Shown one piece after another: positions 19,678 through 31,855 of a stretch of DNA of 64,000 nt (the first letter of the stretch is position 1; the number at the start of each line of letters is the position of its first letter). The notes beneath the pieces are model-generated. The model made no database searches, had not been told where the DNA came from, and saw nothing but the letters and a program-made list of their open reading frames with translations. Made by a program: the position numbers and the translations under genes. The DNA is from Deltaproteobacteria bacterium HGW-Deltaproteobacteria-18 (GTDB lineage Bacteria; Desulfobacterota; Desulfovibrionia; Desulfovibrionales; Desulfomicrobiaceae), in NCBI GenBank assembly GCA_002841885.1, contig PHBE01000018.1, positions 39,871 to 103,870 on the forward strand, in the 5' to 3' direction.

Positions 19678-19705
19678 ATTATAAGGCTCCTGGAGCCTCA
19701 GGCAA
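19678..19705 (-). promoter_or_regulatory. Putative lon sigma70 promoter with a palindromic spacer
   Basis: TTGCCT-N16-TATAAT; spacer contains the perfect inverted repeat AGGCTCC-N-GGAGCCT (19684-19698). Confidence 0.5.
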
Positions 19706-19743
19706 GAAAAAAAATGGATTTTTTCCCATTTGGGAATAAAAAA

Positions 19744-20427
19744 TCAGAGCAAGCCTTGGGCGCGGAAGCTGGAATAGGTCTCGGCAGTGACCACAATGTG
19801 GTCGAGGAGGCGCAGGCCAAGGTCATCCGCCAGGCGGGCGATGGTCTCGGTCAGGGCCTTGTCCTGCAAGGAGGGGGCGGGGTTTCCCCCAGGATGGTTG
19901 TGAACCAGTATCAGCCCGCCGGCATGGTGTCGCAGGGCCAGTTCGAGGATTTCGCGCGGGTAGGCCGCGGTCTGGTCCACGGTGCCCTGAAAGATGCGTT
20001 CGAAGGAGATGAGCCTGTTTTGGTTGTCGACGAGGATGACCCAGAACTCCTCCTTGGTGAGGTGCCCCAGGCGAGCGCAGACCATGTCCCTAACCTGCTC
20101 CGGAGATGAGAACTTTTCCCTGCGGGCTATCGAGCCGCACGCCTGGCGCGCGCGGCATTCGTGCAGGGTCCGCCAGAATCTGGCCGCGCCTTCGCCAAGG
20201 CCGGCGATTTCGGCGATGCGTCCGGGATCCGCGAGCAGCGCGTCTCCAAGGGACCCGAAGCGGGAGATCATTTCCTTGGCGATGGGCTTGGTGTCCTTGC
20301 GGGGCAGGGCATAGGTCAGCAGCAATTCGAGCACTTCGTAATCGGACAAGGCCCGGGGATCATTGTCCAGGCGTTCGCGCAGACGTTCGCGGTGTCCCAG
20401 ATAGTGGGCTGCGTCCTCTTTCACCAC
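19744..20427 (-). CDS. radC: RadC/UPF0758 JAB-domain protein
   Basis: GHRERLR, ELLELLL-like segment, LVHNHPGGNP..S..D, LLDHIVV. Confidence 0.92.
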   Translation of the reverse strand: MVKEDAAHYLGHRERLRERLDNDPRALSDYEVLELLLTYALPRKDTKPIAKEMISRFGSLGDALLADPGRIAEIAGLGEGAARFWRTLHECRARQACGSIARREKFSSPEQVRDMVCARLGHLTKEEFWVILVDNQNRLISFERIFQGTVDQTAAYPREILELALRHHAGGLILVHNHPGGNPAPSLQDKALTETIARLADDLGLRLLDHIVVTAETYSSFRAQGLL

Positions 20428-21374
20428 AGGCGCTGCGCTTCCTTGACGAGGTTCTCCATGGCCTGCGCGGGCTTTAGCCTTCCGGTCTTGATGTCCGTGT
20501 CGGCCTGCAGCACGATATCCCAGAAGCGGCCGATGCGCACCGGTCCCAGACGCTGGGCCAGGCGCTTCTTTTCCGTCTTCAGGCTGGGGTAGAGCTGAAC
20601 CTTGCCGTCCTCCCCGTGCAGAAGCTGCCAGAGCTGACGGGCTTCGCGCAGCATGAGCGAGGAGACCGGGAATACCATGTCTCCGCCAGCCATGGCCGGG
20701 TCGTTCAGGAGACGGTCCCAGGCCTGCTGGCGGCCGGCGGGCGTCTGCAGGGAACGCAGAAAGGCAAACAGATCAAAAGCCTCCCCGGCATCGAGAGCCA
20801 CAAGGTGTTCGGGCTGGATCGATTTTTCCGGGCCTGACAGGAGCAGGATTTTTTCAAGTTCGTTGCGCAGGGCGATGGTGCTGAGCGGCAGGGATTCGGC
20901 CAGGATTTTCTTGACGCCGTGAGCGTAGCTCAGTCCGTGGCGCGAGGCGAAACGGTCGAGCTCCTGGCCGATGGTGGCGCGGGAGAGGCCGGGATGTTCC
21001 CAGATCCAGCCTCGTTTTTGCGCGGCGGCCCAGTATCTGCCCTTGCTCACGGTCTTTGGCACGTTGGACTTGCCGGATTTCCACTCGCCTTCAAGACAGA
21101 ACATGGGCCACACTGAAGGTCTGGCCATGGCCAGCAGGGCTTCCATGCGGGTCCAGAACTCGTCGTTCTGGTCCTGGGCCCGGCGCAGGACCACGGCGTT
21201 GGGCGGGCCCATCATGGAGGGAACGGTCAGGGTTTGCCAGAAGCGATCAGGGAGTTCCTCGTCGCCCCAGAAGGTTCGAACGGCGAAACCCTGGCCTTCC
21301 AGGAGTTCGTCCACACGGTCCTTCAGAAGTTCAGGGTCCGCGCAGACGAGAAAGGAGAAGCCCTGTCTGGTCAT
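20421..21374 (-). CDS. holA: DNA polymerase III delta subunit (divergent)
   Basis: Position after leuS-lptE; LRNELEKILL, FDLFAFL, DTDIKTG. Start moved to ATG 21374. Confidence 0.75.
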   Translation of the reverse strand: MTRQGFSFLVCADPELLKDRVDELLEGQGFAVRTFWGDEELPDRFWQTLTVPSMMGPPNAVVLRRAQDQNDEFWTRMEALLAMARPSVWPMFCLEGEWKSGKSNVPKTVSKGRYWAAAQKRGWIWEHPGLSRATIGQELDRFASRHGLSYAHGVKKILAESLPLSTIALRNELEKILLLSGPEKSIQPEHLVALDAGEAFDLFAFLRSLQTPAGRQQAWDRLLNDPAMAGGDMVFPVSSLMLREARQLWQLLHGEDGKVQLYPSLKTEKKRLAQRLGPVRIGRFWDIVLQADTDIKTGRLKPAQAMENLVKEAQRLW

Positions 21375-21381
21375 GGCCGGA

Positions 21382-21903
21382 TCAGAACTTCTGGCCCAGC
21401 TGGTCGGCCACCTTGCGCACTGCGAGATCAACAGCGTCCTGCGTCGCTTCGCGCTTGGCGCTGGTTGACTGCAGGGCCCCCGTACTCGACTGGGTTTCGC
21501 TGACGCCCCGGAAGGATTCGGAGGCCGCAATCGGACCTGAGGTCCAGATCAGGGCGTTGGTCTTGGTGCTGAAAAAGGTGACCACCATCTGGATGCTGGC
21601 CGCGGACTTGAGAGTTATGTCATCACGGCCTTTCAGGGAGTCCGAGGTGCTGTAGGAGCGCACGTCGATGTTGACCGTGGCCTCGGCCTCGTCCCGGCTG
21701 ACCCAGGTGACGTTGCCGCGGCGGGTCAGTTCGTCGCGCAGGCTGCTCCTGAGCATGGGTTCGAGCCATGTCTCGGTGGTCGGATTGGTGACCTTGTCCA
21801 GATAGAGGCGCGTACTGTCCTGAGGCAGCTGAATCGGTGCCCGGGCGGTAAGCTGATATCCGCATGCGGGTAGCAGCAGGGCGATGCAGAGCACCGCCCA
21901 CAT
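21382..21903 (-). CDS. lptE: LPS assembly lipoprotein LptE family
   Basis: Lipobox LLLPAC-GY; classic leuS-lptE-holA order. Confidence 0.78.
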   Translation of the reverse strand: MWAVLCIALLLPACGYQLTARAPIQLPQDSTRLYLDKVTNPTTETWLEPMLRSSLRDELTRRGNVTWVSRDEAEATVNIDVRSYSTSDSLKGRDDITLKSAASIQMVVTFFSTKTNALIWTSGPIAASESFRGVSETQSSTGALQSTSAKREATQDAVDLAVRKVADQLGQKF

Positions 21904-21907
21904 GAGG

Positions 21908-24397
21908 CTACCTGACAACCACGTTAACCAGTTTTCCGGGAATGACGATTGTTTTGACAATTGTTTTGCCCTCGATGTGTCGTGAGACGTTTTGATCGTT
22001 CATGGCCTGAGTCTCTATTTCTTCCGAGGTCGCATCCGCCGCCACCGTTATCTGGCTGCGAAGCTTGCCGTTGACCTGCAGAACCACGGTCACCTCGTTG
22101 GTCTTGAGCGCTTCCGGGTCGTGCGCGGGCCAGGGTTCCGCGGCCAGGGTCCTGGTGTATCCCATGCGGTCCCAGACTTCTTCGCAGACGTGCGGGGCGA
22201 TGGGGGACAGGGTCACCAGCAGGGATGAGATGGCCGATGACAGGAGGCGCGGGCCGTGCTTGCTTCCGCGCAGGTCGTCCTTGGTCGCGTAGAGGGTGTT
22301 GACCAGCTCCATCATGGCCGCGATGGCCGTGTTGAACTGGAACTTGTTTTCGATGTCTCGCTCCACCCTGCGCACGGTGTCGTGCTCCTTGCGTCGCAGT
22401 TCGGCCTCAGCCTCGCCGAGGGTCCCGTCCACGTTTACGCATGTGCCGACGGGTGAGAGGACGTCATCAAGCTCGTCCACCAGACGCCAGAGACGGTTCA
22501 GAAAGCGGCTCGATCCTTCGATGCCCTTGTCGTTCCATTCCAGATCCTTTTCCGGTGGCGCGGCGAAAAGGCAGAACAGCCGCACGGTGTCCGCTCCGTA
22601 CTTGGCGATCATCTCGTCGGGGTCCACAACGTTGCCCTTGGACTTGGACATCTTGGAGCCGTGCAGCAGAACCATGCCCTGGGTCAGCAGGTTCTTGAAG
22701 GGTTCGTCGTGGGTGAGATAGCCTTCGTCGCGTAGCGCCTTGACGAAAAAGCGCGAATACAAAAGATGCAGGATGGCGTGCTCGATTCCGCCGATGTACT
22801 GGTCCACGGGCATCCAGTAGGCAACCTCCGCCGGGTCGAAGGCCACAGTCTCGTTGCGGGCCGAGGTGTAGCGGGCGAAATACCAGGATGATTCAACGAA
22901 CGTGTCCATGGTGTCCGTCTCGCGACGGGCGGGCTTGCCGCAGGTCGGGCAGGTGACGTTCACGAAGCTTTCGCAGTCCGGCAGGGGAGAGCGCCCGTCG
23001 GCGTTGACCTTGACGTCCAGGGGCAGTTCCACCGGGAGCTGGCTTGCCGGTACGGGCACGATGCCGCAGTCATCGCAATAGATGACCGGGATGGGTGCCC
23101 CCCAGTAACGCTGGCGGGAAATGTTCCAGTCGCGCAGACGGTAGTTGACCGTGGGCTTGCCCAGATTCCGGTCCGCGAGCATGTCGACTATGGCCTTCTT
23201 GGCTTCTTCGTTGCCCATGCCGTCGAACTGTCCCGAATTGGTCATTATGCCGGGGTCGGAATAGGCCTCGGTCATGGTCCCCGGATCAAGATTCGCGTCC
23301 TTGGGGTTTATGACCACCTGCACCGGCAGCTTGTATTTTGCCGCGAATTCGAAATCGCGCTGGTCGTGGGCCGGGACGGCCATTACCGCGCCCGTGCCGT
23401 AGCCCATGAGCACGAAATTGGCCACATAGATGGGCATCTCAACACCGTTCAGGGGATTGATGCAGTACCGTCCGGTGAAGACGCCTTCCTTTTCCAGGTC
23501 ATCGGCGGTGCGGACGATGCGGTCCATCTTGGCGATGCGGTCCACGAATTCGCCTACTGCGACTTCCTGGGCGGTTCCGGCGACAAGCTTCTGCACCAGG
23601 GGGTGCTCCGGAGCCAGGCTCATGAAGGTCGCGCCGAAGAGCGTGTCGGGGCGGGTCGTGAATACGGGGATCTCTTCGTCAAGGCCCTGGACCTTGAAGG
23701 AAATCTCGGCGCCGATGCTTTTGCCGATCCAGTTGCGCTGCATGGTCAGCACGCGTTCGGGCCAGCCCTCGGTCAGCTTGTCCAGATCGGCCAGAAGTTC
23801 CTCGGCGTAGTCGGTGATGCGCAGGAACCACTGCGACAGCTGCTTCTGCTGCACCTCGGAATCGCAGCGCCAGCACAGGCCTTCCTCGACCTGCTCGTTG
23901 GCCAGTACGGTGTGGCAGCTCGGACACCAGTTGACCGGCGCGTTCTTGCGGTAAACCAGCCCTTTTTCCAGGAACTTGAGGAAGAATTCCTGCTCGAAAC
24001 GGTAATATCCGGGATGGCAGGTCGCGATTTCCCGATCCCAGTCGTAGGAATAGCCCAGCCGTTTGAGCTGGGTGCGCATGTAGGCGATGTTTTCGTAGGT
24101 CCACTTGGCGGGGTGGGTGTTGTTCTTGATGGCCGCGTTTTCGGCAGGCAGGCCGAAGGCGTCCCAGCCCATGGGGTGGAACACGTTGAAACCCTGCATG
24201 CGCTTGTAACGGGCGACCACGTCGCCGATGGAGTAGTTGCGCACATGTCCCATGTGGATGCGCCCCGACGGGTAGGGAAACATTTCAAGGACATAGTATT
24301 TTTCGCCGTGCCGGGACATGTCGGTTCGAAAACAGGCCTGGTCTTCCCAGGCCTGTTGCCATTTTTCCTCGATCTGCTTGAAATCGTAATGCCTCAT
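21908..24397 (-). CDS. leuS: Leucyl-tRNA synthetase
   Basis: [32 protein letters not shown]. Start moved to ATG 24397. Confidence 0.98.
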   Translation of the reverse strand: MRHYDFKQIEEKWQQAWEDQACFRTDMSRHGEKYYVLEMFPYPSGRIHMGHVRNYSIGDVVARYKRMQGFNVFHPMGWDAFGLPAENAAIKNNTHPAKWTYENIAYMRTQLKRLGYSYDWDREIATCHPGYYRFEQEFFLKFLEKGLVYRKNAPVNWCPSCHTVLANEQVEEGLCWRCDSEVQQKQLSQWFLRITDYAEELLADLDKLTEGWPERVLTMQRNWIGKSIGAEISFKVQGLDEEIPVFTTRPDTLFGATFMSLAPEHPLVQKLVAGTAQEVAVGEFVDRIAKMDRIVRTADDLEKEGVFTGRYCINPLNGVEMPIYVANFVLMGYGTGAVMAVPAHDQRDFEFAAKYKLPVQVVINPKDANLDPGTMTEAYSDPGIMTNSGQFDGMGNEEAKKAIVDMLADRNLGKPTVNYRLRDWNISRQRYWGAPIPVIYCDDCGIVPVPASQLPVELPLDVKVNADGRSPLPDCESFVNVTCPTCGKPARRETDTMDTFVESSWYFARYTSARNETVAFDPAEVAYWMPVDQYIGGIEHAILHLLYSRFFVKALRDEGYLTHDEPFKNLLTQGMVLLHGSKMSKSKGNVVDPDEMIAKYGADTVRLFCLFAAPPEKDLEWNDKGIEGSSRFLNRLWRLVDELDDVLSPVGTCVNVDGTLGEAEAELRRKEHDTVRRVERDIENKFQFNTAIAAMMELVNTLYATKDDLRGSKHGPRLLSSAISSLLVTLSPIAPHVCEEVWDRMGYTRTLAAEPWPAHDPEALKTNEVTVVLQVNGKLRSQITVAADATSEEIETQAMNDQNVSRHIEGKTIVKTIVIPGKLVNVVVR

Positions 24398-24404
24398 GCT
24401 GTCC

Positions 24405-24869
24405 TCAAGATTCCGTGTTGCCGGACTGAATTGTCTTGTGTTCGTTACGCTGGGCGCCCTTGGCCGCGGCGTCGAGGACTCCGTTGACAAAGGTCTTGGA
24501 GTTGTCATCCCCGAAATCCTTGGCCAGCTCGATGGCCTCGTTCATGGCCACCTTGATGGGGATGTCGGGGCAGTAGAGCATCTCGAAGAGGGAGAGTCGC
24601 AGGATGGTCAGCTCAACCTTGGCGATGCGATTGAGTTTCCAGTGCTGCGAGTGCTTGGTGATGATCTCGTCGATGCTGTCGTAATTGTCGAATACACCCT
24701 CGACCAGAGTCCAGGCGTAGGAATCCTGGCGCTCCATGTCGAATTCCTCTTCGGTCCAGAAATTGTCGAAGGACTTTATGAGGGAGTCCTTGGACATTTC
24801 CCGGCCGAAAACCAGCGAATAGATGACCTGAAAGGCGAAGCGGCGTTGATGCCGACGGTTGTGAGTCAC
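24405..24869 (-). CDS. nusB: Transcription antitermination factor NusB
   Basis: [33 protein letters not shown]; follows ribH. Confidence 0.95.
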   Translation of the reverse strand: MTHNRRHQRRFAFQVIYSLVFGREMSKDSLIKSFDNFWTEEEFDMERQDSYAWTLVEGVFDNYDSIDEIITKHSQHWKLNRIAKVELTILRLSLFEMLYCPDIPIKVAMNEAIELAKDFGDDNSKTFVNGVLDAAAKGAQRNEHKTIQSGNTES

Positions 24870-24878
24870 GTATTTCCC

Positions 24879-25349
24879 CTAGATCTGCTGCAGAACGCGC
24901 AGGGTTTCCAGGGCCGCGGAGGCGGCTTCGACACCCTTGTTCCCGCCCTTGCTGCCGGCGCGTTCGATGGACTGTTCCAGGGTGTCCGTGGTCAGGAGGC
25001 CAAAGCCGATGGGAATGCCGGTGTCCATGGACACGTGGGCGATACCCTTGGTGGCCTCGCTGCAGACAAAGTCGAAATGGGGGGTGGCGCCCCGGATTAC
25101 CGCACCCACGCAGATGATGGCGTCGGCCTTGCCGCTCTTCGCGACTTTCTGGGCTACCAGAGGCATCTCGAAAGCCCCGGGTACACGGATAAGGGTGATG
25201 TTTTCGCGTGTGGCTCCGTGACGAAGCAGATAATCCACGGCCCCGCCGATGAGACGGTCGACGATGAAGTCGTTGAAGCGGCTGGCAATAATCGTGAACT
25301 TCTGGTCCTGGGCCTGCATCTGGCCTTCGATGGTCTTGACGTGCAGCAT
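24879..25349 (-). CDS. ribH: 6,7-dimethyl-8-ribityllumazine synthase
   Basis: [28 protein letters not shown]. Confidence 0.97.
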   Translation of the reverse strand: MLHVKTIEGQMQAQDQKFTIIASRFNDFIVDRLIGGAVDYLLRHGATRENITLIRVPGAFEMPLVAQKVAKSGKADAIICVGAVIRGATPHFDFVCSEATKGIAHVSMDTGIPIGFGLLTTDTLEQSIERAGSKGGNKGVEAASAALETLRVLQQI

Positions 25350-25368
25350 GTCTACTCCCTTGAAAAAA

Positions 25369-26583
25369 TTATTTGTTTTCGGCTTCAAATTGCAACAGAT
25401 GGCCGAGTTTGGAATGCTTGGTGTGCAGATAGCATTTGTTGTCGTCGCAGGCCGGGATTTCGATGGACACCCGCTCTTCGACCTTGAGACCGTAACCCTC
25501 CAGACCGATGATCTTCTTGGGGTTGTTGGTCATGAGCCGCATGCGCTTCACGCCCAGATCGACCAGGATCTGCGCGCCCAGGCCGTAATCGCGCAGATCG
25601 GGCGCGAAACCGAGCTCCAGGTTCGCCTCCACGGTGTCACGGCCTTCGTCCTGCAGGTGGTAAGCCTTGATCTTGTTGCCAAGGCCAATGCCGCGGCCTT
25701 CCTGACGCATGTAGAGGATGACGCCAGAGCCTTCATCATTGACGATCTGCATGGCCCGCTGCAGCTGGCTGCCGCAATCGCAGCGCATGGAGCCGAACAC
25801 GTCGCCGGTCAGGCATTCGCTGTGCACCCGGACCAGCACGGGGTTGTCCTCGGAGATTTCTCCCTTGACCAGGGCGATGTGCGTGTGTGCGTCGATGTCG
25901 TTCTCGTAGGCCACGATGGTGAACTCGCCGTAGCAGGTGGGCATGCGCGCCTCGGCCACGCGGCGGACCAGGGAGTCCTTGCGGGAGCGGTAGGCGATGA
26001 GATCGGCGATGGTGGCGATCTTCATGTCATGCTCTTCGGCGAATTTCCTGAGGTCGGGCATGCGCGACATGGTGCCGTCGTCGTTCATGATCTCGCAGAT
26101 GACGGCCGCACCCTTGAGCCCGGCCAGACGGGCCAGGTCCACGGACCCTTCGGTCTGTCCGGCGCGGACCAGAACTCCGCCCGGCTTGGCGCGCAGGGGG
26201 AAGATGTGGCCGGGGGTGGCCAGGTCCTCGGGGGTGGTCTGGTCGGCCACGGCGGTCTGGATGGTCAGGGCCCGGTCATGGGCTGAGATGCCCGTGGTCA
26301 CGCCCTGCTTGGCTTCGATGGACACGGTGAAGTTGGTGCCGAACTTGGAGGTGTTGCGCCGGGCCATGAGCGGCAGTTCCAGCTTGTCGACCAGGGCGGG
26401 TTCCAGGGCGAGACAGATGAGGCCGCGTCCGTATTTGGCCATGAAATTGATGGCGTCGGGCGTGACCATTTCTGCTGCGATGGTCAGGTCGCCTTCGTTT
26501 TCCCGGTCCTCGTCGTCGACCAGGATGATCATCTTCCCGGCCTTTATTTCCTTGATGGCCTCTTCGGCCGAACATTTGTGCAT
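25369..26583 (-). CDS. ribBA: Bifunctional DHBP synthase / GTP cyclohydrolase II
   Basis: [43 protein letters not shown]. Confidence 0.97.
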   Translation of the reverse strand: MHKCSAEEAIKEIKAGKMIILVDDEDRENEGDLTIAAEMVTPDAINFMAKYGRGLICLALEPALVDKLELPLMARRNTSKFGTNFTVSIEAKQGVTTGISAHDRALTIQTAVADQTTPEDLATPGHIFPLRAKPGGVLVRAGQTEGSVDLARLAGLKGAAVICEIMNDDGTMSRMPDLRKFAEEHDMKIATIADLIAYRSRKDSLVRRVAEARMPTCYGEFTIVAYENDIDAHTHIALVKGEISEDNPVLVRVHSECLTGDVFGSMRCDCGSQLQRAMQIVNDEGSGVILYMRQEGRGIGLGNKIKAYHLQDEGRDTVEANLELGFAPDLRDYGLGAQILVDLGVKRMRLMTNNPKKIIGLEGYGLKVEERVSIEIPACDDNKCYLHTKHSKLGHLLQFEAENK

Positions 26584-26622
26584 GTTTTTCCTCGTTTATG
26601 GGCTATCGGACTTGAGTGGCGA

Positions 26623-27279
26623 TTAAAATCCGTGTTCTTTCAGAAAATCGGGGGTGATTGCCGATGGAGCGCCCTTGGCGCGACCTTCGCTCCAGGGATC
26701 GAGCATGCGCTGCACATACTTGCCGATCACATCGGTCTCCATGTTGATCCGCCGACCCTGCGCCCAGTCCGAAATGGTTGTCTCCCGTTGCGTGGCCGGG
26801 ATGATGTTTACTTCCAAAAAACCCTGACCGCAATCGTTGACTGTCAGGCTTATCCCGTCCAGGGCCACTGAACCTTTGGGGATGACCTGGGGCGAGTATG
26901 GGGCAGGGAAGCCCAAGCGGTAGACACGGGACTGGCCGGCCTGACGGACGGAAAGGACCTCTGCCAGGCAATCGACATGTCCGGAGACGATGTGTCCGCC
27001 AAGGCGGTCTCCCACGGCCAGGGCACGTTCGAGATTGACCGCCGAGGATACGCCAAGCGCTCCAAGGTTGGTCACGGACATGGTTTCGCCCGAAGCGTAT
27101 GCCGTGAACCAGCCCGCGCCGAAGGTTTCCACAGTCAGGCAGACCCCGTTTACGGCGATGGATTCGCCAAGGGCGTAGTCGGTCAGGGCAAAGTCGGGTC
27201 GCAACGTGAAGCGGGTCTCGCCGCCGCGCCGGTCCATGGCCCCCACCCGGCCAAGGCCCTGGATGATTCCTGTGAACAT
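26623..27279 (-). CDS. ribE: Riboflavin synthase
   Basis: MFTGII, SIAVNGVCLTV, VNLERAL, GGHIVSGHVD, KGSVALDGISLTV. Confidence 0.96.
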   Translation of the reverse strand: MFTGIIQGLGRVGAMDRRGGETRFTLRPDFALTDYALGESIAVNGVCLTVETFGAGWFTAYASGETMSVTNLGALGVSSAVNLERALAVGDRLGGHIVSGHVDCLAEVLSVRQAGQSRVYRLGFPAPYSPQVIPKGSVALDGISLTVNDCGQGFLEVNIIPATQRETTISDWAQGRRINMETDVIGKYVQRMLDPWSEGRAKGAPSAITPDFLKEHGF

Positions 27280-27281
27280 TC

Positions 27282-28406
27282 CTACTCCTTTGCTCGCAGC
27301 CTGAGATAGAGATCGGTTTCGAAAAATCCCTGCTCAACGAGCCGAAATTCCCAGCAGTCCTGCATGGAAAGGGCCTTGCGACCGGCAAATGCCGAGCGGG
27401 CCTCTTCGTCGCCCAGGACCTTCATGGCCTGAAAGATGCGCAGTTCATCGACCAGTCCCTGTCGCTGCATGGATCCGGCCAGGTGCCCGCCTCCCTCGGT
27501 CAGGGTGTAAAGGCATCCCTTGTCGCTGCGCAGCAGTTGCAGTCCGGCGCCAAGATCGAGGGCTTCGGGTTCCGTTTTCAGGAAAGGCAGGCCACAGACC
27601 GTAACGCCCAGGTCCGTGAGCAGCCTGGCCCGCTCGGAACAACTTTGAGCCTCTGTTGTCCAGAATACGGTCTGATCCGGTCGGACGGACAGAAGATGAG
27701 ATCCATGGCTTGGGTCAGGCAGGTCGCGGGACACGATCACGGCCAGGGGTTGCGGGCCGTCGTATTCGGGCAGCCTGCAGGTAAGCATGGGGTTGTCGGC
27801 CCGAAACGTGCCCCCGCCGACAATGACCGCCCCGCACCAGGTCCGCAGCCGGTGCACTTCGTGCCGCGAAGCTTCACCCGAGATCCAGGCCGCCTGTCCG
27901 TCACGGGTGGCGATCTTGCCGTCCAGGGTGGTAGCCAGCTTGAGGATGGAGTAGGGCCGGGCAGTGGTCTGCCAGACCAGAAAATCGGCGATGAGATCCC
28001 GGCACTCCTGTTCGCGAAGTCCGCTGCGCACTTTTACGCCCCTGTCCCGCAGGCGATCGGCTCCGCCACCGGCCACCGAAGGGTTGGGGTCGAGGCAGCC
28101 GATGACCACCTCCGCGATCCCGGCCTCCAGGATGGCCTGGGTGCAGGGCGGCGTCCTGCCATGGTGGTTGCATGGCTCGAGGGTGACGTAGAGGGTGCAT
28201 CCGCGAGGATCGACGCCCTTGGCCTGAGCGTCGCGCAGGGCTTCGACTTCGGCGTGGGGCTGTCCGCAGGCCGTATGCCAGCCCTCGGCCACAACCTCGC
28301 GGTCGCGTACCAGAACCGCGCCGACGCAGGGGTTGGGCGCAGTGTGGCCAAGGCCCTGTCCGGCCAGTCGGATGGCCTGATCCATGAACACGCTTCCGTC
28401 ATGCAT
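27282..28406 (-). CDS. ribD: Riboflavin biosynthesis deaminase/reductase
   Basis: [32 protein letters not shown]. Start moved to ATG 28406. Confidence 0.96.
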   Translation of the reverse strand: MHDGSVFMDQAIRLAGQGLGHTAPNPCVGAVLVRDREVVAEGWHTACGQPHAEVEALRDAQAKGVDPRGCTLYVTLEPCNHHGRTPPCTQAILEAGIAEVVIGCLDPNPSVAGGGADRLRDRGVKVRSGLREQECRDLIADFLVWQTTARPYSILKLATTLDGKIATRDGQAAWISGEASRHEVHRLRTWCGAVIVGGGTFRADNPMLTCRLPEYDGPQPLAVIVSRDLPDPSHGSHLLSVRPDQTVFWTTEAQSCSERARLLTDLGVTVCGLPFLKTEPEALDLGAGLQLLRSDKGCLYTLTEGGGHLAGSMQRQGLVDELRIFQAMKVLGDEEARSAFAGRKALSMQDCWEFRLVEQGFFETDLYLRLRAKE

Positions 28407-28860
28407 CGGCTGGCTTCTCCAGTCGCGTATACGGGATTTTTGCTTCTTCCAGCATTTCCCGCGACATCTCGTCGGGGTAGCCCTCGGCGAAAAAGATGGC
28501 TTTGACACGGCAGTTGATGAGCATTTTTGCGCAGAGAATGCACGGCTGGGTCGTGCAGAAGATGTCGGCCCCTTCAATGCTCACCCCGTGGATGGCGGCC
28601 TGGATGATGACGTTCTGTTCGGCATGCAGGGCGCGGCAGAGTTCATGGCGCTGGCCGGAGGGGATGCCGAGCTTTTCGCGCATGCAGCCGAGTTCAAGGC
28701 AGTGGGTCAGCCCTGCCGGCGCGCCGTTGTAGCCCGTGGCCAGGATGCGTTTGTCCTTGACGGCCAGGGCTCCGACCTTTCGCCGCAAACAGGTGGAGCG
28801 CTCGGCCACCAGGTAGGCGATGCTCATGAAATATTCCGGCCAGGGGATGCGGTTGTCCAT
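28399..28860 (-). CDS. Deoxycytidylate (dCMP) deaminase family
   Basis: [26 protein letters not shown] zinc motif. Confidence 0.9.
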   Translation of the reverse strand: MDNRIPWPEYFMSIAYLVAERSTCLRRKVGALAVKDKRILATGYNGAPAGLTHCLELGCMREKLGIPSGQRHELCRALHAEQNVIIQAAIHGVSIEGADIFCTTQPCILCAKMLINCRVKAIFFAEGYPDEMSREMLEEAKIPYTRLEKPADA

Positions 28861-28943
28861 GGTCACCTCTTTGGAAACGAATCAACCACAGGGCCCGCAA
28901 ATTGGCCCTGTGGTTGGAGAAAGGCGGTAGAAAAAAGCGTGGT

Positions 28944-30182
28944 CTACCAGGCGAAAAGCGGGAACTGGCCCGCGAATTTCTCCACTTCAAGCCGAATCTC
29001 GGTCAGTCTGGACTCGTTGTCCAGATTCTCGAGGATGGCTACAATCCATTTGGCCACCTTGCGCATGTCGCCGCTCTTCATGCCGCGCGTGGTCAAGGCC
29101 GGCGTGCCCAGGCGGACTCCGGAGGTGACAAAGGGCGAGCGGGTCTCGAAGGGCACGGTGTTCTTGTTGACGGTGATGCCGCCCTTGTCCAGGCCGATCT
29201 CGGCGTCCTTGCCGGTGATGTCCTGGGCGGTCAGGTCCACCAGCATGAGGTGGTTGTCCGTGCCTCCGGAAACCAGGTGATAGCCTGCGTCGGTCAGTTC
29301 CTTGGCCAGGGTGACGGCGTTGTCGAGAACCTGCTGCTGGTATTCCCTGAACTCGGGGCGCAGGGCCTCGGCGAATGCCACGGCCTTGGCCGCGATGACG
29401 TGCATGAGCGGTCCGCCCTGGATGCCGGGGAAGATCTGGGAGTTGAGGGTCTTGCCGAATTCCTCTGAACTCAGGATCATGCCGCCGCGAGGTCCGCGCA
29501 GGGTCTTGTGCGTGGTCGTCGTTGTGTAGTGCGCGTGTTTTATGGGCGAGGGGTGCAGATTCGTGGCCACGAGCCCCGCGATATGGGCCATGTCGACCAG
29601 CAGCTTGGCCCCGACGCTATCGGCGATGGCGCGGAAGCGGGCAAAATCGAGGGTGCGCGGGTAGGCGCTGGCACCGGCGATGATCAGCTTGGGCTGATGC
29701 TGCTTGGCCAGGGCTTCGACCTCGTCATAGTTGATCTGGCCGGTTTCCTTTTCCACCCCGTAAAAGGCGGTCTTGAACAGGCGGCCCGAGAAATTGACCG
29801 GGCTGCCATGAGTCAGGTGACCGCCGTGGGACAGGTTCATGCCCAGGATGGTGTCGCCGGGTTCGATGACGGCGAAATAGGCGCCCATGTTGGCCTGGGA
29901 ACCCGAATGGGGCTGGACGTTGGCGTACTCGGCCCCGAAAAGCTGGCGCGCCCGCTCCATGGCCAGGTTTTCGGCCATGTCCACGAACTCGCAGCCGCCG
30001 TAATAGCGTTTGCCCGGGTAGCCTTCGGCGTACTTGTGGGTCATGACGCTGCCCATGGCGGCGCGGACCGCAAGGGAGGTGAAGTTCTCCGAGGCAATGA
30101 GCTCGAGTTTGGTGATCTGGCGGTTGGTCTCCAGCTGGATTGCCTTTGCTATCTGCGGATCCTGGCGGGTGAGTTCGTCCAT
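28944..30182 (-). CDS. glyA: Serine hydroxymethyltransferase
   Basis: [41 protein letters not shown]. Start moved to ATG 30182. Confidence 0.98.
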   Translation of the reverse strand: MDELTRQDPQIAKAIQLETNRQITKLELIASENFTSLAVRAAMGSVMTHKYAEGYPGKRYYGGCEFVDMAENLAMERARQLFGAEYANVQPHSGSQANMGAYFAVIEPGDTILGMNLSHGGHLTHGSPVNFSGRLFKTAFYGVEKETGQINYDEVEALAKQHQPKLIIAGASAYPRTLDFARFRAIADSVGAKLLVDMAHIAGLVATNLHPSPIKHAHYTTTTTHKTLRGPRGGMILSSEEFGKTLNSQIFPGIQGGPLMHVIAAKAVAFAEALRPEFREYQQQVLDNAVTLAKELTDAGYHLVSGGTDNHLMLVDLTAQDITGKDAEIGLDKGGITVNKNTVPFETRSPFVTSGVRLGTPALTTRGMKSGDMRKVAKWIVAILENLDNESRLTEIRLEVEKFAGQFPLFAW

Positions 30183-30226
30183 GGCGGTATCTCCACTCTG
30201 TTGAGCCGCGCGGCGGCGGCAAGTCG

Positions 30227-31468
30227 TTATTTGAAACTGCGCAGGATTATGGAGGCATTGGTGCCGCCGAATCCGAACGAGTTGCTGATGCCGTATTCCA
30301 GCTCCATTTCCCTGCTGGCGCCCGGAGTGTAGTCCAGATCGCAGTCCGGGTCCGGAGTGTCCTGATTGATTGTTCCGGGGACAATGCCCGAGGTCAGGCT
30401 CATGGCCGTGAATACAGCCTCGGCACCGCCGGCAGCGCCCAGCAGGTGTCCGATCATGCTCTTGTTGGCGGTGATGGGCATCTTGTAGGCGTGATCGCCG
30501 AAGACGGACTTGATGGCTTTGGTTTCGGTCTTGTCGTTGAGTTTGGTCGAGGTGCCGTGCGCATTGACGAAGGTGACCTGTTCGGGGGCCAGTTCGGCGT
30601 CCCGCAGGGCGCACTTCATGGCCTGGGCCATGCCCGTGCCCGATTCTTCGGGAGCGGCGATGTGATACGCGTCTCCGGAAGCTCCGTAGCCGACGACTTC
30701 GGCATAGATTTTTGCTCCGCGTGCCTTGGCGTGCTCCAGCTCTTCGAGCATGAGCAGGCCCGCGCCTTCGCCGATGACAAAGCCTGTGCGGTCGGCGTCA
30801 AAGGGGCGGCTGGCCTTTTGCGGTTCGTCGTTGCGGGTGGACAGGGCCTTCATGGCAATGAAACCGGACACGCCCATGGGCGTGATGGTCGACTCCACTC
30901 CGCCGGTGATGCAGGCCTTGACCCGGCCGAGCTTGATGTCGGAATACGCGTAGCCGATGGCGTGGGTGGCCGAGGCGCAGGCCGATGTGGTGACCAGATT
31001 CGGGCCTTTGGCGCCGGTGTGGATGGAAATCTGACCCGAAGCCATGTTCGCGATGAGCATGGGAATGTAAAAGGGCGAAATCCTGCCTGGTCCGGATTTG
31101 AGCAGCTTGCTGTGGAATTCCTCGATGGTTGACAGGCCGCCAAGACCGCAGCCCAAGAGCACGCCCACTTCCGGGGCCGTGGCTTCGTCCATGGTCAGAC
31201 CGCAGTCTTCCATGAGCTGCTTGCCGGCGGCCACGGCGATCTGGACAAAGCGGTCCATTCGCTTGGCATCCTTGACCCCGACATAATCGGTCGGATTGAA
31301 ATTTTTCAGTTCCCCTGCGATCTTCGTGTCGAATTCGGAACAGTCAAAGAGGGTGATGGGACCAATGCCGCAGACTCCGCCGACAAGGTTGGCCCAGCTT
31401 TCCTGCAGGGAATTGCCAATGGGGGTCATGGCCGCAAGGCCTGTAACGACAACGCGTTTTCCAATCAT
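30227..31468 (-). CDS. fabF: 3-oxoacyl-ACP synthase II
   Basis: [30 protein letters not shown]. Confidence 0.97.
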   Translation of the reverse strand: MIGKRVVVTGLAAMTPIGNSLQESWANLVGGVCGIGPITLFDCSEFDTKIAGELKNFNPTDYVGVKDAKRMDRFVQIAVAAGKQLMEDCGLTMDEATAPEVGVLLGCGLGGLSTIEEFHSKLLKSGPGRISPFYIPMLIANMASGQISIHTGAKGPNLVTTSACASATHAIGYAYSDIKLGRVKACITGGVESTITPMGVSGFIAMKALSTRNDEPQKASRPFDADRTGFVIGEGAGLLMLEELEHAKARGAKIYAEVVGYGASGDAYHIAAPEESGTGMAQAMKCALRDAELAPEQVTFVNAHGTSTKLNDKTETKAIKSVFGDHAYKMPITANKSMIGHLLGAAGGAEAVFTAMSLTSGIVPGTINQDTPDPDCDLDYTPGASREMELEYGISNSFGFGGTNASIILRSFK

Positions 31469-31524
31469 GATCTTCTCGAAAAGTTAGGACTTGCCCGGCG
31501 GACAATTCCACCCGGCTGTGCATG

Positions 31525-31557
31525 AAAAAAAAGGTACCCCAGACGGACCGGGGTACC
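31525..31557 (-). terminator. Intrinsic terminator after acpP
   Basis: Minus strand GGTACCCC..GGGGTACC followed by T8. Confidence 0.75.
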
Positions 31558-31580
31558 GTGTCATGGCGACGATACGGGTC

Positions 31581-31811
31581 CTAGGACTTGGACTTGATAT
31601 AATTGATGGCGTCCTGGACGGTGGCGATCTTCTGTGCGTCTTCGTCATCGATCTCGATGTCGAATTCCTCTTCCATGGCCATGATCAGTTCGGTCAGGTC
31701 CAGGGAGTCGGCGCCCAGGGACTCCACAAAGGAGGACTCAAGCTTTACTTCTTCCGCGGAAACGCCCAGCTGCTCGACCACCAGTTCTTTGACTTTTTCT
31801 TCAATAGACAT
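31581..31811 (-). CDS. acpP: Acyl carrier protein
   Basis: LGADSLD phosphopantetheine motif; GGAGG RBS. Confidence 0.98.
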   Translation of the reverse strand: MSIEEKVKELVVEQLGVSAEEVKLESSFVESLGADSLDLTELIMAMEEEFDIEIDDEDAQKIATVQDAINYIKSKS

Positions 31812-31855
31812 TTTCATCCTCCAAAGTGTGTATTCGTACGTAATGTGGAATCAGG

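Noticed and set aside
19617-19743. CIRCE element, or an acylphosphatase gene between radC and lon
   Set aside because: No TTAGCACTC-N9-GAGTGCTAA, and the 127-bp gap is too short for acyP.
19744-20427. radC as a marker of a mobile or anti-restriction element
   Set aside because: It is the full-length chromosomal type, coupled to holA within a housekeeping run.
28399-28943. FMN riboswitch upstream of the rib genes
   Set aside because: ribD overlaps the dCMP deaminase gene, and the 83-bp gap further upstream lacks RFN motifs.
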